From Vicugna vicugna (lineage: Eukaryota), in assembly GCA_013265495.1 (NCBI GenBank), contig MU058463.1, forward strand, positions 2,007,523 through 2,071,522: 64,000 nt of DNA. Reading direction: 5' to 3'. Under the pieces are notes generated by a model that did no database searches, was not told the DNA's origin, and saw only the letters and a program-made list of their open reading frames with translations. Below are positions 37,901 to 50,944 of the stretch, one piece after another. Both the position numbers and the translations under genes were made by a program. Every line of letters begins with the position of its first letter. Within the stretch, counting starts at the first letter, position 1.

Positions 37901-39748
37901 AAGGATATTGTATGTACATATATATATGCATAAAAGATATATAAAAGTATATGTATATATAAAAGATACACACACATATATATATATACACAAACACTAT
38001 CTTATTTATGGTATTGTTTAATAAATAGAAGTTCTTAATTTTAATGATGCTTAATGTATCAATGTATCCATCTTTCCCTGGTGATGCCATTCTGGGCCTA
38101 TAGTTTTCTTTGGGTTAAGTTTTAAATTACAGCTTTGATTACATTAATAGATACAGCACTACTGCGATTTTTGTTTCTTGTTATTTCAGTATTGGTAAAC
38201 TGATTTTTAAGGAATTTGTCCATTTCATATAAATTGTCAAAGTTATTGTAATAAAGCTGTCCACAATATCTTCTTACCTTGTATTTGCATGTATGTGTAT
38301 ATATATTTGTTTATAGATATTCTGTATATAATATCTTCTTGAATTTTTAAATCTATATATAATAAATAGATATATAAAGCACTCTTGTGAAACAGTAAGA
38401 AAATATTGACAAGTGAGTATTAAAAATGGGCAAAGATCAAGATTCTTAGTTTTCTCATTATAAAATGAAAATAATATATACGCCACAGAGTTGAATTAGA
38501 AACTCTTTGTAGAATAAAACACGTAAAATGAAGCCATTATACTCATTTTAATATTATCGTTATCTAATGTTAAAAGAATCCATTTAAGAAGTGAACACAT
38601 TTAGATGACAGATGTGAAGACACAAGGAAACAAAACTAACTTCAAATTTTCATCTTTCAACTAGATTTGTTGTCCCATAAGGACAGCCAGAAAGAGAAAA
38701 AGAAAAAGAGAAAAAAAAATGTACCATGTGGACAGAAGATTTGCTTATCCGAATAAATTTAAGCCAGTACAGGAAAAATAGTCTGAATTAACTCATTTTC
38801 ACTAATATTAACTCTTGGCTTAATCAGGACTATGTCATTATTTTCTAAGGGAAGAATGTCTTCTGACTTCATAGGAAATATTTTATAGATCCAGAGCTAG
38901 AAAGATTGGAAACAAAACTTGTGATTTTTTTTAGCTTTGAAAAAAATCTCTTCATTATCAGTGTGCATTTGTCAATTTTATCTGCTAAATAACATTGATA
39001 ATTAAACCTAAAGTAATAGCTCAGTTAAAAAACATATGTGTAAACCATAAATAAAATAGTGCCAGAATATAAAAGTTGTATTCACTGAACATTTGGTGGC
39101 ACTAGCTAAACAATGTGAATTTGTTTTAGATTGTCACCAAAGAAAATCATTTTAAGGTCTGTCATTAGTCTGTCTAAAGCTGACAACATTTTATAAAGTA
39201 AATTTTGTGTTTAAAGTCTCGGGCATGATTATACATTATCTTGGAAATTCCTCAGAGTTCATGAGTTTGGTCGGCGCCTATGCAGCTTAAATATATTATC
39301 GGATGTCATTAAAAGTGTGATGGATGGACGTCTAAATGAGGAGCAGCGAGCTGCTGTGAGGCAGCCATTAACCTGAACTAGCTCGCAGAGTGGCTCCCCT
39401 ATCTTGAGTTCAAGAATTTTACCTGGAAAAATAATCCAAAATGAAACTGATCTGTAATCTACATGAACAGTAACTTAAAGTTGCACACACAAAAAAGCAT
39501 CAAAGGAAGGCATTATTTATATTTTAACATCTAATTTTTATCCTAGAATTTATCTATGAACCTTACTGCTCCTTCATGGGCTCACAAACTCATGTGCACA
39601 GAAAAGCATTTTGGAATGGGGAGTATTAGCTGAGGCTGTTCTCCCAAGTTTTTGTTTCCTGGTAAAACCTTAATCTCTGGAATTACTGAATGAGGTCTCA
39701 TTTTAAAGGACAATCAGTATAAACTTGTTTATCTATTTTATATATATT

Positions 39749-40007
39749 AGTTTGAGATTTGCAGGTACTACCTACTATATATAAAATAGATAAACAACAA
39801 GTTTATACTGACTGTCCTTTAAAATGAGACCTGTTTATACTGTAGAGTACAGGGAACCATGTTCACTATCTTGTAGTAAGTAACCTATGGTGAAGAAGAA
39901 TATGAGAACGAATGTATCTTCCTCGGTGACTGAAGTATTGTGCTGTACACCAGAAATTGACATCACATTGTAAACTGACTGTACTTCAATAAAAATACAT
40001 TTAAAAA
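39749..40007 (+). mobile_element. L1 3'UTR fragment with rearranged 5' junction
   Basis: agtttgagatttgcagg...tgtgctgtacaccagaaattgacatcacattgtaaactgactgtacttcaataaaaa, homologous to 50320-50540. Confidence 0.92.
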
Positions 40008-40165
40008 AATAAAATAGATAAGCAACAAGGTCCTACTCTATCACATAGGGAACTATATTCAATAGCTATAATGAAGAAGAATATGGAAAGGAATATATAT
40101 ATATGAATCACTATGCTGTACACCAGAAATTAACACATTGTAAATCAACTATACTTAAATAAAAT
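40008..40165 (+). mobile_element. Second, tandem L1 3'UTR fragment
   Basis: aaaatagataagcaacaaggtcctactc...gctgtacaccagaaattaacacattgtaaatcaactatacttaaataaaa. Confidence 0.9.
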
Positions 40166-41167
40166 AATGTTGCAATGAAAAAAAAGAAGTAAAATATATA
40201 TGTGTAAATAAATAACACAAATTTTAAAAAAATGGAAGCCAATCAGCCTATTTCTGTAGACCTAGAGCCTTAAATTCTGTTTTGAAGGAAAGAGTTTTTT
40301 TTTTTTTCCCAATTCCTTTTTTGAGGCATGGATCTTCGGAATATTCAATGTGAAAATCAAGATCTTTTCTGGAATTCTTCATCTTGAAAGAGGGAAGAGC
40401 TAGGCTGTGAGAAAGACTGTTTTCATGTGGGTGAAGAGTGGCCTTGGTGGGCCGTGATGCTTCCCAAAGCTCAGTGAATGGATTCTGAGAGGGAGGCTGG
40501 ATGAGTGAGGACATCGATGTGCTAGGTGTCCTGGCAGATGGGGCTGGGGAAGCCTGTTCAGGGGAAACACTGACAGGTGGAGAGTTGGCTGGGGTAGGTA
40601 AGACTAACTCTGATTCAGTATTTTGTACCAAGGCTCACCCCTGTAGTCATTGCCTGAGGCTGCATTCTGGACGTTTAGCACTGAAGTTTAGAGCAGAAAA
40701 GGAAGAAGAGACACCAAAGGGGAGAAGACGACCAATGTCTTCCAAAGTTCCACAAAGCTAGTTGCTGTGTAACCCTCAGTCTGAAGAACAAAATAATGAC
40801 TCAGATTAAAACTTGTCTCCAAAACAAGTCTCTATTACAGTGTCCAGTTACCTAACGTGGACAGCTATTTACTCCCCAAGGAAGGCATTACAGTTCACAA
40901 TTTAAATACGATAATAAGAAGTAACTTTTTAAATGAATAAATTTTATGTTCTTTCACGTAAGCCAAAGTTTGCTAGGATGTACAAAACAAAACCTCTTAA
41001 TAATGAAAGAAAAACTCAAATTAAGGGATACATTAGGAATCAATTTAGTTTAAAAACAATTTTTTGCTTCACCTTCATTTCCTGAGAAACATACTATTTT
41101 TAATAGGAGGCCCTAGTCTTCCCTCAAGATAAGGAAAAGTGATAACAATTAAGTTGTACAGCCTGGA

Positions 41168-41345
41168 ATAGGAAATTTAACCTCCTACGAGAGTCCGTGG
41201 ATGGTGTCTAAGAACTTTCCGAAACTATATGAAAATATTAGCTTTAAATCCACTTTAATGCATTTTTTTCTGAGAGAATATTCATAAATTTTTATCAGAT
41301 TCTGAAAGGAATCCAATGTCCCCCAAAATGACTAAAATCCAGAAG
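41168..41345 (+). mobile_element. Non-autonomous hAT-Charlie-type DNA transposon relic
   Basis: ttaacctc...gtccgtggatgg...gcatttttttctgagagaatattcataaatttttatcagattctgaaagg resembles old MER hAT consensus; exact family uncertain. Confidence 0.55.
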
Positions 41346-41919
41346 CCATCCCCAAAGGAGGCCACTCTCACCACATGGAATAGATGGCACTGGAAGCCCG
41401 TCTCTGCTGATCTTCTCTAGGACAGACCACTATTTCCACAGGAGAACCTAGCTGGGGGTGGTCACCTCTTTGTCACAAAGCAGGAAGAGACTCCACCTTG
41501 TCTTTCTCTGTCAGCTACACGGGGCAAACAGAATGTAGGAGCAGCCTCCCAATTTCCCTCCTTTCTTGCAAAGAACATTCAAGTCAGGGCCCTGGGTCTG
41601 CCTTCTACAGGGTTGGAGAGATAGGAAAAGACCCTTCATGCTACTGGCCAGAATCTGATTTGCAGAACTCAACTCTCCCCACAGACGGGTCCTAAGTCTG
41701 AGTAGTGAGGGCCTGTATTAGGTTCCCCCATTTGGCCTCAGGTCCATGCCATATGCTTTAATGCAACTTTAGTTGGGAGCCAAAACAAGACTAATTGGAC
41801 CTCCATTAATACTGTTGATCCCCTTCTTGGTCCTAGCATTTCTTCCCTACTAGCTAGAACCCAGAAGGAGGATGAGTAAGTACCTAGGAATCCAGAAGGT
41901 CCAGTGGGAACCTTTAGAG

Positions 41920-42100
41920 TAGCCTTTGCTATTTACAAATTTTACATCCACTATCTCCTTTGTTCTTTGCAATAACCCTAAAATTTAGGAAAGTATTATT
42001 ATTTTACATATGAAAAATATTCAGGTTTGGATGGCTACTAAACTGTAAGGCTGAGGTTCAAAGGCAGATCATTTGACTCCAAATGCATTGCTCTTTCCAT
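41920..42100 (-). mobile_element. MIR SINE
   Basis: caataaccctaaaatttaggaaagtattattattttacatatgaaaaa...ttcaaaggcagatcatttgactccaaa. Confidence 0.65.
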
Positions 42101-42849
42101 CTCCTCATCCCAACAAATACAGAGCCATTCCTCTGAGGATGGTATGTGCTTCTATGGTCCGTTCAGACATCAGGATCTAAGCAGAAACTGACATCCACCC
42201 ATCAAAGTGTGTTAAGTGGCCACCCTTTTATCCTGATACTTAGATAAACAGCATTGCCTTCCTTATATCATCCCATCACTTCTGGGACCTTAACTGGTAG
42301 GCATTAAGCAGAGTTCAATCACTAAAGTATATGGAAGTAGAGATTAGAGAGAAGAGGTGAATATAGTACTGATGCCTTAATTTCCACAGATAAGTACCAA
42401 GGAAAGAAACTAAATTAATTCTTCTCTAACCAAATAATATTGGACTATCACTGATGTCTCTTCTTTAGTTATGAGAAGCAGGATGTATTTCTAAGGGTCT
42501 CTGAGGATAATTGGGAGATTGGACCCCATAATAATGGAGCCACCCATCAATTTTTTTTTTTTTTAGTTATACATATGTTTGTCTAAATTCCCACTTGTTC
42601 CTTTGATATTCAGCATCCTCATGTCTTTATCAGTCATCTCACTCAGGCCACCTCATCCATCTCTTCTTACCTATCGTGAACCAGCTCAATGTCCTCTCCT
42701 TACCTTTAATCTCCCCTGGGTGCTGAGTGAGCTGACCTTTCAGTTGCGTGCTCCTACAGGCTGCTTCTTGGAAGGATATTACAGGGAGAGACAAGAGGAA
42801 CTAGATGACCATCAAGACTAGAGGGACTGGTAAATAATCGGGACGTGAA

Positions 42850-43090
42850 ACAGGGAGTTAATTTATGATTAAGAATATAGACTTTGGAGACAGATGTATG
42901 GATGTCCAAATATTCAAATCCTACCCCTGCCACATATATACTTTGAGTATATCTCTCAGATTGGCAAAGCATCAGTTTTCCTCATCTGTCAACATGAGGA
43001 TATAACACCTGCTTCCTCTAGTTGCTGTGAGATTAAATATATGTAAGGTGATTCCACAATGTCTGTTAGATAATAGGTGTTTAATAAAGG
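42850..43090 (+). mobile_element. MIR SINE
   Basis: ttaagaatatagactttggagacaga...tcagttttcctcatctgtcaacatgaggatataacacctgc...gttgctgtgagattaaat. Confidence 0.8.
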
Positions 43091-45769
43091 AAAGTATAAC
43101 TTACTGTATTCTGTGAAGGTTTCTTTAGCCAGAACTGAACTTCCGTAAGTCTTACAGCTATTTTTTCGCTCGTGCTAAAAAATGCTATTTATATAGCCTC
43201 TTATTTCATGCACCACCTCTTCTACTGTTCTCAAAACTTTTTGAAAGTAGATCTTACGTCTTACCCATCTTTGCATTTTCCTTAATGCTCAGCAGTAATC
43301 TGCATAAAGTAAATGCCCCATAATATTTGTTGAAAGATAAAAGGAATTTGCACTTAAATACCACAACCTCATTGTAAGACTGAACTTATTATTTAGCTAT
43401 GATGCATGCCCTTTGCATTCAAGTTGCTGCCTCTGATCGGCCTATAGCGGATTGTATGCTGCACAGAACCTGCCTGGTGGTGACAGCCTCCCAGCTTCCC
43501 TGCGGGGTTGCAGGACTAATGAAGCAGAGTTGCCAAACTCCGGTCTGGCTGAGCTGTGTGAGGAGGACATGGCAGGAAGGCATGAACCACACCCAAACTT
43601 TCCCTTGTTGGTGTTCTGTTCAGAGAGGGGATGGTGGCTTCTAGAGTAGAGGGCCACCTGCCTGGAGAGGGAGACCTTATTCCACAACTTTTCACAACAT
43701 TCTGAATTATTTTACTCAGTACTTAATGTTTTTAAAGGAGGAGCAGGAGAAAGAAAGGAAGAGTAAAACAAACAAACAAACAAAACACTATTCGTGGTCA
43801 CAGATCTTCCAAGAGCATAATAGGGGTTAGGGGCCCTTCCCCTGCAACAGAACTCAGTTAAAATCTCCAGCGAGGAAACCACAAAACAATCTGTTATAAA
43901 TGATGGTCAGTGTGAGTACGGCTTTTCCAAAATGTACATTTGATCAGATTGTCCGTGGCCCCAAAAGACACTAAATTTTTAAAGGAAATTTTATTAGGAT
44001 AGACATTCATAAACAAGAAAGTGCTTTTATGAGAAGACTAATTCAAGGGGGATACATTTTGTCCTAGCAGACAAAAAAATATACCTTTTTAAAAATCAAT
44101 TTAACTGCGAATGAGTCTAAGTTTTTGGGGGGTTTTTTGTTTGTTTGTTTGTTTTTATTTTTTGAAGTACCAAGTGGCCTCTGCAAAGAGCCTTCCTGGT
44201 GCTTCTGAATGAATCAGTTTCTGGTAATGGCACTTAACATTCCCCACTAGGAAGAGTCTGTAAGACAGTCTGACCTGATTAAAAAACCAGTGATAGTGTG
44301 TGTCTTTCTGTTGCAGGAAACCTCACAGAATGTGCCTGGCGTGCTGAGAAAATCCTATGTTTTGTAAATAACCTCCCTTAAGTCTGATCTGAAAGTGCTC
44401 TCTTCCTGATTTCATCAATAAGGTTACTATGTGACTTTAAAAAATTCCACTGCTCTAGGAAAACTTCTGTTTCCTTTTATGCCCAGATTTAGCAGGTTTT
44501 TCAAAGCCCTTCTTATTAAGAAAAGTTGTGGCTGGAAAAATGGATAAGTAGTTACAACTATTCCAGGAAACTATAAATATTCTGGTTGAAGGCATTTGAG
44601 AAATTATCCTCTCCTTTATTGTCTCCCAGGGCCCACCGACAACCGGGTGCTGCTCTCCCAAAGTGAAGTGGATGGTCCTAAATGATCATAGGTGGGTTTT
44701 AAAAAATAAACACAAAATTAGTTTCACACCTACTTAGACAGCTTAGAATTTTAATGTGTGAAGTATGCCAGGACTCTGCCGTGAAATAAAGCTTTGCATT
44801 CAAACTGATGTCAGCCAATCAGAAAACAGCACAGAGCGCTGCCCATTTCATAATTAGGGAGCATTACTCCAAGTTCTAGATTTTACTTATTAATGAATAA
44901 AGCGTTTCTTGACCCAGTTTTGCCATTTATTCAGAAGGACCTTGTTTTCAAAAAGTGTTAAAATAGCTTGAAGGCCCTGATTTATGCCCACCAAATCCAG
45001 GAAATTCAAAGTTAATCCTCGGAACTATTTGTGTCTAGTTTTGCAGCAAACATTCTATATAAAACTGTGCTCTGTTCGAGGATGACACAGAGTAAGGAGG
45101 CTAAAGCAGGCTGTCCTACAAGCCTGACTTTTTCAGCTTCAAAGCTTTAAGTTGTATGCTTACATTTTTCTATTGCATTTCTCTTTCTGCCATAGCTTAT
45201 TTCAGTCTTACTCATCTACCCTTGGCTCTATACCTTTTGACATCCTTGAGACTTCATCAGAGAGTTAGGAGCAATGCCAACTTTGACCACAAGTCCCATG
45301 GGAGCGAGAACTCTCAGACGCAGAGAGGTGATAACAGTTAAAAAACCTCCTCTTATTCCTCCTCCTCCAAATTCCTCTCCCTGGAAGCTTTTTTTAGGCA
45401 GACTAGATACTGAGGAAAGGTTCTTAGTGAAATGAAAACAACACCAAAAGCAACTGGAATATGGTTCAAGAGACCGTCATTCCTGTTTCCCTCCCTGGAA
45501 CGCCATCTGTCTCTCTCCATCTAAACAATCCAAACCCCCACTCATCCTACAAATGCCATTCATATGCCACCTCTTTCAGGAGATTATCTGTGTCTTTGGG
45601 TCCCAATTTCCCTGAGTGTGACATTAAAGGGGATATTCAGACCTTGAAGTTCTTCTCCAGTTCTGAGATGCTGTCTTTTCATAATCTCCCAAGTGCACAG
45701 CAGTTTTCTAGCTCTGAACTTCAAAAACGTTCTTCTGCTCCATTCGCTTAGTTCCTAACAATTTCTGAC

Positions 45770-45990
45770 TTACACTCATTCAAGTCCCAGTCTGCCCACG
45801 TGCTACCTGTGAGAGTTTGAGCAAGTTACTTAGTCTCCCAGCCTCCGATGACTCACCTCTAAAATGCAGATCATAATGGTACGCAGCATACATGATGGAA
45901 CTTCTTTAAGGATTACAGGACAGAACACATGCAAAGAGCTCACCACCGTGGCTGACAATTAGTAAGTGCTCAATGCATATTAGCTGGAGC
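45770..45990 (+). mobile_element. MIR SINE
   Basis: ttcaagtcccagtctgccc...ttgagcaagttactt...ctaaaatgcagatcataatggtac...agtaagtgctcaatgcatattagc. Confidence 0.8.
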
Positions 45991-46487
45991 TACTTTTGGC
46001 TATTTTTTCATGTCTAAGTGCCCTGTCACCCCAGACATGATCGTTAAGTTACGTGAAACTGAGAACGATGTGTTTGTTTACATGTCCCATCTTGCCTGTT
46101 ACAATGTCCTAAAAATAATAGGAATCGTGTTTTGTTGATTACTTGTTACAGCTTTGCATCTGATTTTCAGTCATTATTAACCATCTGTACCTAGGTTTTC
46201 TATCTATGAAGATGTGACTTCTGCCAATTCAATTCTTAAAACTGTACGGAGATTACAATCCATGACAATAGTTTAAACTGGTTCCCATTGCTCCATTGCT
46301 ATGCAGATAATTTGAGAAGAGCAGTCCAAAAAGCAGTCTAAAAGCAAGCAAGAGCTGGGCTGGGCCCTGCCCTGCTCAGAAGGCACACACCCCAAAAAGG
46401 CTGAACTGAAGTTAGTGGAAGCCACTGTGTTCCTCTGTCACGATGAACATTTCAGTGGTTTGGAGTGTATTTGTCATTTGTTTTTTG

Positions 46488-46683
46488 CGAGAAGAAAGGA
46501 GGAAGGGATGGAGGGAGAATGGGAAGGGGAAAGACATATAAAGAAAGAGAGAAGGAAGGGGAGGAGGAAGAAAGCAAAAGGTAAAAGCAGAGAAAAGGAA
46601 GATGGAGAGAAAGGTGTTCTGTGAGAGAGAGGGTGAAAGGGAAGGACTTGGGAGGAAGGAATGGGGAGATAAAGAGAGAAAAG
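46488..46683 (+). repeat. Polypurine low-complexity tract
   Basis: ~195 bp of almost pure G/A on the + strand. Confidence 0.85.
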
Positions 46684-48109
46684 GCTATTGTGCTTCTGAA
46701 GCTGTAGAGGAAACTCCATCACCAAGTCTGAACGTGCGGCCTGATCACCGGGCCTCAAAAATGTTAACAAGAGGCACGGGAATAACTTAAAGAAGATTTC
46801 ACTCCGAAGCTGAAAGCTGGCCAACTCCATCATTAGATTACTACTCTTATTGGACGGAGATTTCCATTGTGGGACAGAGGATGAGGGGTTTGCAGGCTGA
46901 GGGAACTGCCCTGAATCATTATTTCTAGTCTGACATTCTGCAGAGGACTCTTTCCAGTTCTGAGGCATGTATGTGCAACAGTGGTATGCTTTTTAAAGAT
47001 TTTTTTTTTCTTCCAGGTGCTTTTCTCCCCAACCACACATCAGAGATTTCTAAAATTTCAAGTTTTCTAAAGGAAAAAGACAGGGCTGCGGTGACTTCGT
47101 ACTGGCTGCAGGCGCCTGCAGAAGAGCTAGCACCATTTCACAGGGAACGTTCAATCGTCTACACCGACATCTTCCGGGTTACTGAACACTTTGCCTTTCA
47201 GTTGACTTAAGAATAACAGTGCTCTTGACCAAACCGTGGCCCACTCAGGGGAAGCCAATCAGACACCAGGCTTAAGAACCCAAGAAGTAACATGAATGGC
47301 CTTCTGTGAACCCAAGGTAAAGAGTGGCGTTGTTAGGAATTACCCAACCTTCCGGGCAGATCTGAGTATGTAGAAATTGATTAACACACCCCAGTCCCAT
47401 TCCACCTACATTTCAGGAAAACAGGCTACTTTGTGTCTCCATAGATGGCTTATCTCTGTGGGCTACAGGGATTTTCGGTGAAGATTAAATCTGTTTTGTA
47501 GGGGAGACATTAGCAGAGATCCCTGTTAAGATAGGATTTTTCAAAGTCAGTACTACCAGGAGTGGGGCTTGGGGGTTTTAACTGCAAATGTAATCAGCAA
47601 GCTGAGCGCGGCTTCTTCTCTGACAGGCACTGAGATTTACTGGAATGCCTGAGCTCCCACAAGGGAAGAAATCATTTCCTGTGAATTCCAAGTCCTGCAG
47701 GTTACTGAAATGTAGCCATTTCCTCCTGCTGCCGAGCACCCTCCCTGACTATCTCTCCAAGGGCTGCATTCCTCCGCTGTGTAGCAGTGGACATCCCTGG
47801 CCCGTTTCCATGGAAGCACATAGCAGGAGACTCTTGTGCCTGGGTCTGGGGCCAAGAGCTTTCCACTCTTAGAAAACACATTGGCCTCTAGAATCGCGGT
47901 GCTATTTGAAAACAGATACTTCAGTTTTCAAGAGTTCTCTTGTGAAACATGCAGCTATGTCAGGATTTAAGCCAAGCCTGATCACAAGATGGAAAAACAA
48001 GTCTACAAGGGTTAGAAAAGGTGAATTTATGTAAACCTCCCCATATGTGTTTTCCTCCTTGCATGGCTGTGGAACACTCGGACACTCTGAAACCAGGACT
48101 GTATGACGC

Positions 48110-48280
48110 ATCGTGGGAGCATAGAATCAGTTATTTTAAGTTTCAGTCACAACCCTACTACTTCTGTGTACTTCTCTGAGTCTCAGTTTCTCATTTGTAT
48201 AATGAAGAGTTAAAAAAAAGAAAACTTGATTTCTACCATTAGTATGAGAATAAAATGATATGAGGTACATGCAAGGCCTC
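48110..48280 (+). mobile_element. MIR SINE
   Basis: cttctctgagtctcagtttctcatttgtataatg...gtatgagaataaaatgatatga. Confidence 0.7.
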
Positions 48281-48619
48281 CCATAAGAAGCAGCAGTTAG
48301 GAAGTCTCCCCTGACATGGGGTCAAAGTGGTTAAGGGACTTGCTATCAAAAGAGAGTCATTGTGGAAACTACAATTCGTGCTTCCTAACTTGTTCAATGG
48401 CCTGTTAAACTAAATCACCTCCCTGCCTGGTGGCTATCTTCCTCTGAAGATTTTTTAAAGAAGTTAATTCTCATGCCATGTTACAGTCAGTTGGCCAAAG
48501 AATGTATTTTTTTCCCTCTCAGGACAGGAGTATTCAAATGCATAGATGTTAACTTGGAAAGGATTGAGTTTATTTTTTTTAAGTTTTGGTCTGCCATCAT
48601 TCTTGCTCATCCTTTGAGC

Positions 48620-48970
48620 TCCTCAGTCCAGCCCAGTGGGCCCCTGGTTGTTGCGTTCCCCCTAGAATTCTTCCCCGACTCTTCTGCAAGCCTCATTCTT
48701 CCCTCAAAGCTCAGGTTAAGATCTTCCTAGCACATTCCTAATTAATATCACTCTCTCTTGTTTCCTCTGAAATGCCTAGAATTTATGGCCTATAAGGAAC
48801 AATTTTACATTTAATTGTATCTTATTCTTATTGGTTCCTATATTAATTGTATCGCCAGCTAAATGAGTTCTTTGAGCACAAAGACCGTTTTCTGTATTTT
48901 TCCCCCATAATTGCCAACCTAGCTTCCAGCACATAGTAGGTGCTCAGTAAATACTTCTTTTCTTGAATTG
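48620..48970 (+). mobile_element. L2 3' end
   Basis: gagttctttgagcacaaagaccgttttctg...cagcacatagtaggtgctcagtaaatac. Confidence 0.7.
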
Positions 48971-49543
48971 AGAATTCTCAATTGATAATTGATGTAGTTT
49001 TATCACAATTACCATTTGCTTTTATGTCAACCACCCACACAGAGTCCGCAAATAGGGACTTCAGCTGTGACACTATCTTGTCTGGTGCCTTTCTCTCTCC
49101 GCTCTACCTGTGACCTGTAGGTACCACCCATGACTATCCTGGTAACACCAACAATGCAACTCAAGCACGTGTCCGCTTCCCCAGCACTGAACTGATCGGA
49201 CCTTGAGTTCAGTGCTCACAGGAAGGAAACATGGCTGTTAGACACTAAAGCACGTGATGTCTACTGTAAGAAAGAGAAAAGGCCAAAGCAGAACATGTTA
49301 TTCAGGCCCTATATAAATGCCTTGGAATTTCAAACAATATATTACATCTGTGGAAGTCACAGAAGCCAGAAGCATGAGGAGGTCAACCCAGGAAACATAG
49401 TGTGGAGGAAGAAGACAGTGCATTCACACTGAAAGAAAGCGAACCATTGTGCAGTCTACGCAGTGAAGAGCACGAGCGGGAAAATCAAATGAGGTTACAC
49501 AAAATTGCACTACTCAGACATAGTGCTGTTAACACTTAGTAGA

Positions 49544-50543
49544 AGCTCATACAACTTGATAACAAACAAACAACAACAAAAAAGAAATCCAATCCAAAAA
49601 TGGGCAGATCTAAACAAGCAATTCTCTGGTAAAGACATACAAATGGCCAATAGGCACATGAAAAAATGCTCAGTATCACTAATTATCAGAGAAATGCAAA
49701 TCAAAACTACAATGAGGTATCACCTCACACCAGTCAGAACAGCCATCATTCAAAAGTCCATGAATGATATATGCTGGAGAAGTTGTGGAGAAAGGGGAGC
49801 CCTCCTACAGTGCTGGTGGGAATGTAGTTTGGTGCAGCTCTTATGGAAAATAGTATGGAGATTCCTCAAAAAACTAAAAACAGACTTACCATATGATCAG
49901 CAATCCCACTCCTGGGTATATATCTGGAGGGAACTCTAATTCAAAAAGATACATGCACCCCAATGTTCATAGCAGCACTATATACAATAGCCAAGACATG
50001 GAAGCAACTTAAATGTCCATCAACAGATGACTGGATAAAGAAGTTTTGGTATATTTATACAATGGAATACTACTCAGCTATAAAAAGAATAAAATAATGC
50101 CATTTGTAGCAACATGATTGGACCTAGAGATTGTCATTCTAAGTGAAGTAAGCCAGAAAGAGAAAGAAAAATACTGTATGATATCACTCATGTGTGGAAT
50201 CTTAAAAAAAGAGAAAAAAGACACTATGAACTCATCTACAAAACAGAAATAGACTTGCAGACATAGTAAACAATCTTATGGCTACTGAGGGAAAAAGGGT
50301 GGGAAGGGATAAATTTGGGAGTTTGAGATTTGCAAATGTTAGCTACTATATATAAAAACAGATTAAAAGAGAAAAAGAGTTTCTTCTGTATAGCACAGGG
50401 AGATATATTCAATATCTTGTAATAACCTTCAATGAAAAAGAATATGAAAACCAATGTATCTATGTATATGTATGACTGGGACATTGTGCTGTACACCAGA
50501 AATTGGCACATTGTAACTGACTGTACTTCAATTAAAAAAAAAA
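49544..50543 (+). mobile_element. 5'-truncated L1 (~1 kb): ORF2 C-terminus, 3'UTR, A-tail
   Basis: ORF 49505-49939 contains [35 protein letters not shown]. Tail cttcaattaaaaaaaaaa. Degenerate TSD aacacttagtaga (49531-49543) / aaaatttagtaga (50540-50552). Confidence 0.96.
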
Positions 50544-50944
50544 TTTAGTAGAGATGCTGCCAATCTTGTTTCCAGGTAAATAGATATATTTTTCTTTTTT
50601 AAAAAATTGGGATCATCATGCACATAACGCATTTATAAAATAACATTTATTTCAATTAATAATTTAGCATAATTATTTTTAAGTCATTTCTATATTCTCC
50701 TGCAAGATTACTTTTAATTGCTACAAAGTATTCCATTTAGGTGGATAAATTTATACAATATTTCCATTTAATTATATATTACATTAGTAGCCATCCTGAG
50801 ATATGAATTTATAGCTAAAACATTTGTGTGCCCTTTATTATAACTTTAGAAGTTTCTGGAAGTGGAATTTCTGGTACCATCAATTCTTGCTCTCTTAACT
50901 CTATATCTTCCTCCAGTCACTGGTCCATTTCTGATCTTCTTCGT

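Noticed and set aside
40248..40631. 127-aa Ser/Pro-rich minus-strand ORF
   Set aside because: Non-ATG start, runs through a homopolymer tract and has no recognised homology.
44815..44824. agccaatcag CCAAT boxes (also ~40237, ~47253) as promoters
   Set aside because: Isolated motifs without CpG enrichment or other core-promoter support.
46474..46968. 164-aa ORF with hydrophobic-looking C-terminus
   Set aside because: The F/L/S/P-rich part is the translation of the polypurine/polypyrimidine low-complexity tract.
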